From NCBI GenBank assembly GCA_945877765.1, contig CAMDWQ010000001.1, positions 22,253 to 86,252 of the forward strand: DNA of 64,000 bases. Direction: 5' to 3'. Positions 35,962 through 44,591 of this stretch are shown here, piece after piece. The notes beneath the pieces were generated by a model, which saw only the letters and a list, made by a program, of their open reading frames with translations, was not told the origin of the DNA and did no database searches. How positions within the stretch are numbered: the stretch's first letter is position 1; each line of letters opens with the position of its first letter. The translations under genes and the position numbers were made by a program. This DNA comes from Candidatus Omnitrophota bacterium. Lineage in GTDB: Bacteria; Omnitrophota; Gorgyraeia; 2-02-FULL-51-18.

Positions 35962-36146
35962 AGCCCGCTTTTGGATGTCTATAAATCTCCAAAAGCGGGC
36001 AAAAATTTGTTGCTGGTGCAAGAAAACGAACACTCGTGATCACCAATCCCACCAGCCAGACTCGGCGAATAGACTGTTCGTTATTAGGATGACCAAATAG
36101 TACTTGAAAAGTCTATCCCTGTCAATTTCTTCTTAATACAATGCTC

Positions 36147-39100
36147 TTAATACAAACGAAAATCAGCGGCCTGCTGAAAGCATGCCAAAAGGCGTTCACG
36201 GACCTTTTCCAGGCTCTCCGGCGAATAAACAAATTCGTGAGTTTGATTGAGTGTTGAAAAATAAAGCATCCCGCGGACGGGCGCCTCTCCGTAAAGCTCG
36301 CGAAATACAAAAGCGTACAAACCCAGCTGAAATTCATACTCCTGCGCTGTTTTTTTGGACTCAAGGGAGGTGATCTGGTTGGTTTTATAATCCAAGATCA
36401 CCCACTGCCCTGCCTCACGGTAGACTAAATCAATCTGGCCCTTCAGAATGCCGTGCGGTGTCTTAAAAATAAACGGAAGCTCCGGATGGCAGGCGGGTGA
36501 TTTTTTCACCGATGTTCCGAGAGGGCTTTTCCAGAAAGCCGCACTGCTCTCGCGGATCTCGTCTTTTTCAGCAGAGGTGAGTGGCGAAAGAATTTTCATC
36601 AAGAAATCCTCGCGAATGAAACCTCGCGGTGAGCCCAGCGTCATCATTTCCATCACGCGGTGATAGATCGTTCCATACTCATTTCGCGGCGACCTCTCGA
36701 GATCCTCGGGGTCGATGGTTTCTGGTTCTTCTAAATAAACCGGCGGTTTTGGCGACGCTTGCGCCAAAAGATCGCTCACGCTTAAATCGGTTGCCGCATC
36801 GTACGGCTTTTGAGGTAGGTGCAGGCGCTCAAGGATTTTTGCAACGTCCGGCATCACCGGCTCGACGGTTGTCACGGAAGGCTCACGTGACTCTCCGGAA
36901 ATGGACGAAGAGGAAAGCGCTTTCTCGCGGCCCAAAAGATTTAGCACGCGCTCCATCCAAGTGGCATTTTTATTCCCAGAGACGGTTTCACGAGGCGCTG
37001 CGCCACACAAGAGAAGATGTTCACGCGCGCGTGTGACCGCCACGTACAAAATGCGATCCTCTTCTTCCTCTTCTTTTTCATCCATGCGGTTGGCAGCGAC
37101 TTCATAGGCCTCATCGTTTAGTTTTTTACGTTCATCCAGAGGATCCTGCCAGGACCAGCCCAAACCTCCCTCGGTAGACGCGATCGCCAAGCCGCGGTCC
37201 TTAGGCTTTTTCTGACCTCCCAAGTTCGCGATCGCCACAACCGGAAACTCAAGGCCCTTCGCCGCGTGAATGCTTGACAGAAATACCGCGTCGCTTCCAT
37301 CGGTTGCGATTCGCGCTTCCTCCGTCTCATCTCTCTCGGCCATGCCTTTGGCGTAACGCACAAATTCGGCCGCATCCAAGGACATTTTTTCTTCCAGAGA
37401 ACGCGCGATCTCCACGAGTTTTCGCCCATTGGCGACGCGCTGAATCCCATCGGGACCAGCCAGAGCAAAACATTCGTAGTCGCTCCAGCGCAGTATTTTT
37501 TCCAAAATCGACGAAACGGTAAAACTGTTTTTGACGCTTCGTAAAGATTCTAAAAACTCTACAAATACCTGGACGCGGAGGCGGTCTTTTTCCGACAAGC
37601 CTTCCACCGTGGATAAATTATCGAGCGCACGTGAAAGCGACCGTCGCCGGGAATCATCTTTTTTGGCCGCGCGGGCCAGCCAAAAAAGACCGTCATCAGA
37701 AACGCTGGCCAGCGGCGAGCGAAGAGCCGCCGCCAAAGCAACGTCATCGTCCGGATGATCCAGAAGAGCCAGCAAAGACACCAGGTCCTTGATTTCTGTT
37801 TTTTCAAAAAAAGATTTCGATTTCGGAGAATAAAACGGGACGCCCAGGCGCGAGAGCGCACGCTCGTAAGTCTGCGCTTTTTTGGCGCTGCGCATCAGGA
37901 TCGCCACATCGCCCCATTTCATCGGCCGACCAGACAGAGTCCCGTCCTCAACACAAACACCTGAACGAACCAACGATAAAATGCGCTCGGCCAAAAGCCG
38001 GGCCTCATCCTCACGGCCCTCGTCAAGATCTTTCAATTTTTCGTCCGGGCCATAAAACGCGCAGAGAGGCTCGATAGTCCCCTTAACCTCAAGCAAGAAT
38101 TTTTTTCCGGGAACCAACGCCTTAAAAACACCATGGGCGTCTACCGCAAAAAAATGGTTCACAAAATCCAGCACCTCGAATCGAGAGCGGTAGTTCTCAT
38201 CCAGAGTTATTTTTTTTCCGGCCAAAGCCTCATAGTGCCCGAAAAGAGCAGGCTCGGCATGCCGAAACGCGTAGATCGATTGTTGCGGATCTCCCACGAG
38301 AAATAGGTTGTTCTTGCTCCTCAAAAGATCGATAAGCTTTGCCTGTAACGGGCTCGTATCCTGGAACTCATCCACCAATAGATGACAAAAACGATTCCGA
38401 TAACGCTCGCGGACCGCTTTTTTCGCGGGAGTCTCGCCTTTCAAAAGCTTCCACGCTAAGAGCGTCAGATCCTCGAAATCCAGCGCGGCCATTAATCTTT
38501 TTTCATTTTCATAGTTTTCCATAAATACGTGCATGATTTTCAAGAACTCTTCTTTAAAAGGAAAAAATAATTCCCCAAGCGCCGCCAGCTTCCAGGCACC
38601 GGCGTCTTTCCGGAAGGATTCGACCCACTCCTTGAAAGTCTCTGAGCCTCTTTTTTGAATGGAACGCTCGATCACCCGAAACGCCTCGAAATTCCGCCAG
38701 TCTAGAAATGCGGCGGAAAAAATTTTAGGGATATGTCTAGCGCCTTCAATAGCAGCAGCTTCATTGGCGGTTATTTTTTTATTCTTTCCGGCTATTTCTA
38801 TCACCTCAAGAAAAGCTTGGGAGATCTTCGCCTCTAGAGGTTTGCGGTCAAGACCGCTGCGGATCGTCAAAATATTTTCGTCTTCCCCGGTCGCGCGAAA
38901 ATGAGCATACAAACGCAGCGCCGCCAGGCGCACAGAGACTTCACCGCGCTCCGTCAGCATTTCCAGCGCCACAGCGCTATCGGCATGCGCCTCAAATGCG
39001 GCATCCAACGCTTTGGTCATCAAAATATCTGATTCAGCCTTGGATAAAACTTTGAAATATGGATCCACAGCAGCTTCGATTGGATTTTCACGCAAAAGCC

Positions 39101-39383
39101 TCGCGCAGAAGCCATGGATCGTGCCGATATAAGCCGTCTCGAGCGCCCGACGGTCCTCTTCGCGGCCGGCCTGAATGAATTCTTTTACCAGCTGGCGCTT
39201 CATGTGGTTGGCGGCCGGCTCAGTGAATGTCAACGCCAGAATTCGATCGGGCGCCTGCTTAAGATCGATGACCGCATACTTAAAGCGGTTCACGAGCACC
39301 GACGTTTTTCCTGAGCCTGCACCCGCGCTGACGCAGATATCGGCGCCAAACGATGCGGCCGCTTCCTGCTGCTTAGAATTCAT
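36147..39383 (-). CDS. addA: ATP-dependent helicase/nuclease AddA (UvrD/PcrA-like SF1 helicase with C-terminal RecB-type nuclease)
   Basis: 1078 aa. Walker A SAGAGSGKTSVLVNRF and SF1 motifs (LTFTEPAANHMKRQL, LLVDEFQDTSPLQ, GDPQQSIYAFRHA, RSR). The C-terminal PD-(D/E)xK nuclease has GQIDLVYREAGQWVILDYKTNQ. It overlaps addB by 11 nt. Confidence 0.85.
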   Translation of the reverse strand: MNSKQQEAAASFGADICVSAGAGSGKTSVLVNRFKYAVIDLKQAPDRILALTFTEPAANHMKRQLVKEFIQAGREEDRRALETAYIGTIHGFCARLLRENPIEAAVDPYFKVLSKAESDILMTKALDAAFEAHADSAVALEMLTERGEVSVRLAALRLYAHFRATGEDENILTIRSGLDRKPLEAKISQAFLEVIEIAGKNKKITANEAAAIEGARHIPKIFSAAFLDWRNFEAFRVIERSIQKRGSETFKEWVESFRKDAGAWKLAALGELFFPFKEEFLKIMHVFMENYENEKRLMAALDFEDLTLLAWKLLKGETPAKKAVRERYRNRFCHLLVDEFQDTSPLQAKLIDLLRSKNNLFLVGDPQQSIYAFRHAEPALFGHYEALAGKKITLDENYRSRFEVLDFVNHFFAVDAHGVFKALVPGKKFLLEVKGTIEPLCAFYGPDEKLKDLDEGREDEARLLAERILSLVRSGVCVEDGTLSGRPMKWGDVAILMRSAKKAQTYERALSRLGVPFYSPKSKSFFEKTEIKDLVSLLALLDHPDDDVALAAALRSPLASVSDDGLFWLARAAKKDDSRRRSLSRALDNLSTVEGLSEKDRLRVQVFVEFLESLRSVKNSFTVSSILEKILRWSDYECFALAGPDGIQRVANGRKLVEIARSLEEKMSLDAAEFVRYAKGMAERDETEEARIATDGSDAVFLSSIHAAKGLEFPVVAIANLGGQKKPKDRGLAIASTEGGLGWSWQDPLDERKKLNDEAYEVAANRMDEKEEEEEDRILYVAVTRAREHLLLCGAAPRETVSGNKNATWMERVLNLLGREKALSSSSISGESREPSVTTVEPVMPDVAKILERLHLPQKPYDAATDLSVSDLLAQASPKPPVYLEEPETIDPEDLERSPRNEYGTIYHRVMEMMTLGSPRGFIREDFLMKILSPLTSAEKDEIRESSAAFWKSPLGTSVKKSPACHPELPFIFKTPHGILKGQIDLVYREAGQWVILDYKTNQITSLESKKTAQEYEFQLGLYAFVFRELYGEAPVRGMLYFSTLNQTHEFVYSPESLEKVRERLLACFQQAADFRLY

Positions 39384-42375
39384 GGCCCCTCTTAGTTTCT
39401 ACGCGGCAAACCGCATCAAACTCGCAAAAAGTGCAGTCTTTCGGCTCCACAGCAATCTCGCCCGAACGAATCCGGCGCACCGCCAGCCGTACGCGCTCTT
39501 CGGTTTCATCCAGAAGCGTTTCGATCGCTTCCGGCGAAAGCTCGGGATTTTCCCGGCGTCCGCTTTTTAAAATACGATGTTCCAGGCCCGCCGGCTCAAG
39601 AGCCAAGAGACGGCGGATCGCTAGAAGATATAAAGGCAGTTGGATTTCTTCCCCGTTTTTAATTTTTTTTGCCAAGTTCCGGCTTGAGCGTTTGTAATCG
39701 ATCACCAGCGCTTTTTTTCCAGAGACATCCACATCCACTCGGTCGACGGAGCCGCGAATAAGAATCTCTCCGCTTTTATCAGACAGCCGCAGGTAGTCCG
39801 ATTTTCCTTTTCCAAAATCATATTCAAAATATTTTGGCCGCAGCTCACTCTCAGCTCCAAGCTCAAGCTTCACATATTTTTTCAGCATACGCCGCATCGA
39901 TTCACGCCAGGCAATCTGGCGGTAACGCGGCTGATCACGAAAAGGTCCGCCTTCAAAGTGGCGCAAAAATATTTTTTCAAGCTCCGTCTCCATGCGTTCG
40001 GGTTCCCGCAAATAGCGGCCCGAGGCGCGGTCTGTGGCAGAGAGATTCTCAAAATATTCACGCAACGTTTCATGCAAAAGTGTCCCCATCTGGGCATTTT
40101 CTCGCCCTTCGAGCGGCCCGTTCAATCCAAGCGCCTGCTCGGCAAAATAACGGAAGGGACAAAGCAGAAATGCCTCGAGCCCCGTCGCGCTAAACGGCAC
40201 AGCGGCCGAGGCCATTGCCTTGCGAACATCCGGATCTTTAAGACCCATCGTCTCTTGGGCTGCATACTCAACAGCCCTCTGTAGCATGGCCCGCGCTTTC
40301 CAACCCGTGGGCACAAGCTGTGCGAAATCATAGCGGGATCCTCCGCGAAAAAGAAGTGCTGCCAGGCCGCGTGCGACATCAGTTTCGGATTCCCACTCTT
40401 CCTGTTGGGGTAAAAAATTGGCAACGCCGCGCGTCTGCCGCTTCACGGTGTTTTCACCGAAACACGCCAGCACCTCCCCAATAAAAAAAGATTCAAGCGA
40501 CGGATTTCCATCGGAGTCATGCGTCGAATGCGTCAGGTAGAGTCTCTGCTTGGCGCGTGTAAGCGCCATGTAGAAAAAATAGCGCTCCCCCGACAAGCGC
40601 CAGGCGCGCTCATCTAGGACCGTGCCGCTGGCATTGATCACTCGTCTCTCGGCATCCTTAAATAGGGGGTCTTCGGTCACCGGCTGCGGAAATTTTTTTT
40701 CGACAAGATCGCATATAAACACAGCTTTATATTCTTTGGGCAGCGCCATCACCACATCGTATACCTGCACACGGTTACGACCACGAATCTTTGGGGAAAA
40801 AAGACTATTTTCGATCGCGGATAGAATCTCACGCGCGTATCGCGGCGGCTCAAACGGCGTGCCGGATTCCAAGTGTCTCTTGCGGCCCGTCATCAGAATC
40901 GATACCAGCGATCGCAAAGCCGCTTCATCAAGGGCCGAGCCGTCGTTGACCCTCAAGGAGGAAGCAAAAGACGTCGCCAACGCGCCAAAAACATGCGCGC
41001 TCGGTGCGGTTAGCAATTGATCTTCCAATTGAAGAAGCCAGTCGAGAAATTGACTGCCGGGTTTCGGTGTCTCGACGGACTGCGCCAGGCGTATCCAGTT
41101 TTCGCGGCCCTCGCGAATTCCTTCCCTTAAAGCCGCGCGTTCAAGCTCGAGTGAGTCCGCCAAGGGCAATCGCCCGCGCAAATAGCTGGATTTGGCTAGA
41201 TGCAGAACGTCCTCGCGTTTCCAGCCTTCGACGGCCAGCCGCAATAAGCGGTGAAACGAAACGGCCAAGCCGCTCTCCGAATATCGGCTTCTCTCATGAA
41301 TTTCTACCGGGACTTCATATTCGCCAAAAACGGTTTCGATCAACGCTTTTTGCCCGCTAACAGCGCGAAGAATCAAACAAATATCGCTGAAATGAAAGGA
41401 CTCTTCACGGTAAAGCCGGCGAATTTCCGCGGCAATCATCTCGTATTCGGTACGTAAAAAAGGGGCCGAGATCACGCTCAGAGGCGTTTCTTTTTCATAT
41501 TTTTCGGGACTTGGCGCAAATACACAACCAGCCAGGTGCCGCAATGCCGGATGGGAGGAGCGGTGATTTTCGGTAAAATCCGCCCTCTCTTTGAAGCCAA
41601 GGGCGGTCAGTGTACGACGAGTACGCTCAGGATAACTAAAAAGAACGGAGCCTGCCCGGTGCGCCTTATCCAGCGTGAGCGTCGCCACGGTATGCCCCGC
41701 CCAGCCAGCGACAAGCTTCAAGAGCTTTGTCTGGTAACGCGTGAAATGATAAAATCCATCAAAAATGACAAGCTCCGGCGCGCCGCCTGTCTCCTCAAAT
41801 GTCTCAAACGCCGCTAGGTCATCCTCCACTTCGGATAATCCAAGCTCCTTAAGCCGCGCGTCATACCGCTTGATCAACACCGAAAAATCCCTAAATTTTG
41901 ATCGAAAGACAGGATCTTTTAAAAGCGGCTGCGCGCGCTTTTCAAATTCAGCGACCGATAAAAGACCGGCTTTGAATTCGCGGATAGCCTCCAACGCTAA
42001 TTCTTGAAATCCACGTAGTTTCAGCGAATCGCGAAAATAACCATAAATGCTATCCCCTTTGTCATCTTGAGCTGACAAAACTTCCTCCAAAACCAAACGG
42101 CGGGTCGAGTCGGTGGGCCGCCCTCCGGCGGAGGCACGCAAAACACGGTCGGCCAGGTCAGCAATCGTGATAATGTGGGCATTAAACAAACCTGGTACAT
42201 CTTTTTTCAAGACTAAGCTCTGGATACGTTCCGCGTGCTCGCGGCTGGGCAGGATAAAAAAAGACCGGCTATCGATGCCGGCGCCTGACTTGGAAACTTG
42301 CTCACGGAAGAGATCGATGCAGTAAGTGGTTTTGCCAGTGCCGGGAGGCGACACAAGAAGCTCAAGCTTAGGCAT
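39373..42375 (-). CDS. addB: ATP-dependent helicase/nuclease AddB (RexB-like; C-terminal nuclease with Fe-S cluster cysteines)
   Basis: 1000 aa. N-terminal degenerate helicase with Walker A SPPGTGKTTYCI. The C-terminal nuclease has the four-Cys arrangement CPFRYFAEQ...CTFCEFDAVC characteristic of AddB. It lies immediately upstream of and overlapping addA. Confidence 0.8.
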   Translation of the reverse strand: MPKLELLVSPPGTGKTTYCIDLFREQVSKSGAGIDSRSFFILPSREHAERIQSLVLKKDVPGLFNAHIITIADLADRVLRASAGGRPTDSTRRLVLEEVLSAQDDKGDSIYGYFRDSLKLRGFQELALEAIREFKAGLLSVAEFEKRAQPLLKDPVFRSKFRDFSVLIKRYDARLKELGLSEVEDDLAAFETFEETGGAPELVIFDGFYHFTRYQTKLLKLVAGWAGHTVATLTLDKAHRAGSVLFSYPERTRRTLTALGFKERADFTENHRSSHPALRHLAGCVFAPSPEKYEKETPLSVISAPFLRTEYEMIAAEIRRLYREESFHFSDICLILRAVSGQKALIETVFGEYEVPVEIHERSRYSESGLAVSFHRLLRLAVEGWKREDVLHLAKSSYLRGRLPLADSLELERAALREGIREGRENWIRLAQSVETPKPGSQFLDWLLQLEDQLLTAPSAHVFGALATSFASSLRVNDGSALDEAALRSLVSILMTGRKRHLESGTPFEPPRYAREILSAIENSLFSPKIRGRNRVQVYDVVMALPKEYKAVFICDLVEKKFPQPVTEDPLFKDAERRVINASGTVLDERAWRLSGERYFFYMALTRAKQRLYLTHSTHDSDGNPSLESFFIGEVLACFGENTVKRQTRGVANFLPQQEEWESETDVARGLAALLFRGGSRYDFAQLVPTGWKARAMLQRAVEYAAQETMGLKDPDVRKAMASAAVPFSATGLEAFLLCPFRYFAEQALGLNGPLEGRENAQMGTLLHETLREYFENLSATDRASGRYLREPERMETELEKIFLRHFEGGPFRDQPRYRQIAWRESMRRMLKKYVKLELGAESELRPKYFEYDFGKGKSDYLRLSDKSGEILIRGSVDRVDVDVSGKKALVIDYKRSSRNLAKKIKNGEEIQLPLYLLAIRRLLALEPAGLEHRILKSGRRENPELSPEAIETLLDETEERVRLAVRRIRSGEIAVEPKDCTFCEFDAVCRVETKRGHEF

Positions 42376-42427
42376 TAGAAACTCCCCTTTGGATCAAAAT
42401 TATACTTGGAAATGAGAAGGCGGGAAA

Positions 42428-42462
42428 CAAAAAAGAAGCCTTAAAAAAAGGCTTCTTTGGGA
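42428..42462 (-). terminator. Rho-independent terminator downstream of comFB, separating the signalling operon from addBA
   Basis: Minus-strand reading: aagaagcctt-ttttttt-aaggcttctt followed by ttttgttt, a 10-bp stem followed by a U-run. It lies 20-55 nt after the comFB stop. Confidence 0.6.
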
Positions 42463-42481
42463 AAAATAGTAGCGGTTAAAT

Positions 42482-42772
42482 TTACTTACGGGGGTGAGAC
42501 TTAACGATATCAATCGCCGCACGCAGTTCTCGCACGACATCTTTTTCAACCTTATCTTCCACAACAATTTTACGCACAAAATTTTTGCCAGTAGCACTGG
42601 TGACATACATAGGCCAGAGACGATTGAGCGCCAAAGCCTTAACATCTTCAATGGCATCGGCAGAAAGACGCGCACGGTCCTTGGCAAGCAAATCATCCAG
42701 GACGCTTCCGGCCAGCTCTTCCATATAATTAGTCAGGCGAGTATTTTTTTGTTTTTTAGCGTTGGCTAGCAT
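42482..42772 (-). CDS. comFB: ComFB family protein (late competence development protein ComFB-like; cysteine-less variant)
   Basis: 96 aa. NYMEELAGSVLDDLL...DVKALALNRLWPMYVTSATG fits the ComFB core (NY-EE-V...D-AL-LN-LPP-Y-). The Cys pairs found in Bacillus ComFB are absent. Confidence 0.6.
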   Translation of the reverse strand: MLANAKKQKNTRLTNYMEELAGSVLDDLLAKDRARLSADAIEDVKALALNRLWPMYVTSATGKNFVRKIVVEDKVEKDVVRELRAAIDIVKSHPRK

Positions 42773-42836
42773 TGTGTTTTTCCTTTTCGATGTGAGTATA
42801 CACTATCTTTTATGAAAATACAAATAAGCCTAAAAA

Positions 42837-44591
42837 TTAATTTTTCCAAGAGGTAAGAGCAACAGGAAAAGGCTCTCCTGGCCGGGCCAAGTAATACCCC
42901 TGCCCAAGATTGATGCCGCACATACGGGCCGCCTCACACTCTTCCCGGCTCTCAATCCCCTCCGCTACCGTGGTCGCGCCAATTCCTTTGGCAAATAAAA
43001 TTAGCGACATAAGAATCTGCTGTTTTGTTGTACTAACATCAATCTGACGAATCAATGAGCGGTCAAACTTAATGTAATCAGGCTTGAGTTGAGCAACATC
43101 CCTTAAACTTACTGCCCCGCCACCGACATCATCAATGGCAACCGAAACACCCTGCTCCTTAAGTTCTGCCAGCGCAACACGAATCTTATCAAATGAACGC
43201 AAAATGCTCTGTTCGGTAATCTCAATGACAATATTCTTAAAACCAATCGCCCCTTTGTCCTTAAAAAGCTTGCTCATTTCTGCACGATCCAGGAGCGTTT
43301 CATGATTAAGATTTAGAAATAACTTCAGGTTCTGCGCCATCGCTTGGGCTCGCTTCAGAGCAAACTCTACGCACATGCAATCCAGCTCTTTGACATGGTT
43401 CGTTTGCCGGGCCATCCCGAAAAGTGTGGAAGCTTCGTTGGACGGGTAATGAAGGATGGGTCTTGAAAGCGCTTCATAACCCACCACGCACTTCTGCTTA
43501 AAATCCACCAGCGGCTGATAAAGCGTCTGTATTTTTTTTTCTTTTAAAATCGCATAAAAAAAAGCCGCGTACTGATCGGGATTGGTGGTCGATCCGGGAA
43601 TAACCACGCTCTTCATATTTCCAGGAAAATGAACTTCGTGGGTATTTTCGGGGGTCGCTTTTACGGATTTTTTTTGAATCGGACGGTACAGCGAATAACA
43701 ACTCCCGGGCATCGTACGCATGGTTTTGGCAAGCTCCCCGGCGATACAGCTTATTTCTGACGCCTCCTTGAAACTAATTTTGGCGTTATCTACGACAGCC
43801 GCTGAAAGACTCATAATTGGAAACCGCTTGAGCTCACCCTCTGAGTTACGCTGCACTAGGTGACCGCGCTCACGATCCTCGGTATCATAGAAGCCTGCAA
43901 CCTCCGAGTCAAAATTTTGAATCACCGCTTCGCATAGGGGCACTGAACATTCCGGCGTTGTCAAAATAATAAAATCATCTCCCCCTAGATGGCCCAAAAA
44001 ATTCTTGGGCTCCCCATAAAGACGGATCGCTTTTTTTAGGATTTCACTGGTACGGATAATGATTTCATCGCCGCGAGAGTCGCCGTAGGCCTTATTAAAG
44101 GCGGCCAGGCCCGTCAGATCAATACAAACAACGGAGTATTTTTTTTTCGATTCAATCGCCTGCTCTAAACGTAGAATCGTGGAGCGCGTTCCTGGTAAAT
44201 GGGTAAGAGGATTGACATCCATCTCGTTAGAACTTTTTTTAAGAACTTGGCGAATAGATCCAGCCAGGAACTTAACGTCATTACTTTTTTCAAAAAAATC
44301 CTCAATCACCATCATTTCTTTAATTAAAAGCGTTTCCTTCTTCTCTAATACAAGCACAATTGGAATGTATTTGAGCACGATGTCTTGTTTGAAACTAAGA
44401 GCTAACTGTTTTCCCTTGAGTCCATCATGAGCTTCATCCACAACAATCAGATGGGGCACTTCATCAAATACTGCCTGAAGAATCCCTTCTTTTTTGGGAT
44501 TAAAAATCTCAAAAACCGTCTTGCCAAGATTTTTGACAAGCGATTTAAGCAGTCCCTTGTCGTCTGTGACGACCAAAATCTTAGTTTTCAT
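42837..44591 (-). CDS. REC - degenerate GGDEF - EAL protein (likely c-di-GMP phosphodiesterase with regulatory GGDEF)
   Basis: 584 aa. N-terminal receiver-like domain (KILVVTDD, LIVVDE). The GGDEF domain signature reads HLGGDDF (Arg to His and Glu to Asp replacements), so it is probably catalytically impaired. The EAL domain has GYEALSRP and DDVGGG, with the catalytic Glu present. Confidence 0.75.
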   Translation of the reverse strand: MKTKILVVTDDKGLLKSLVKNLGKTVFEIFNPKKEGILQAVFDEVPHLIVVDEAHDGLKGKQLALSFKQDIVLKYIPIVLVLEKKETLLIKEMMVIEDFFEKSNDVKFLAGSIRQVLKKSSNEMDVNPLTHLPGTRSTILRLEQAIESKKKYSVVCIDLTGLAAFNKAYGDSRGDEIIIRTSEILKKAIRLYGEPKNFLGHLGGDDFIILTTPECSVPLCEAVIQNFDSEVAGFYDTEDRERGHLVQRNSEGELKRFPIMSLSAAVVDNAKISFKEASEISCIAGELAKTMRTMPGSCYSLYRPIQKKSVKATPENTHEVHFPGNMKSVVIPGSTTNPDQYAAFFYAILKEKKIQTLYQPLVDFKQKCVVGYEALSRPILHYPSNEASTLFGMARQTNHVKELDCMCVEFALKRAQAMAQNLKLFLNLNHETLLDRAEMSKLFKDKGAIGFKNIVIEITEQSILRSFDKIRVALAELKEQGVSVAIDDVGGGAVSLRDVAQLKPDYIKFDRSLIRQIDVSTTKQQILMSLILFAKGIGATTVAEGIESREECEAARMCGINLGQGYYLARPGEPFPVALTSWKN

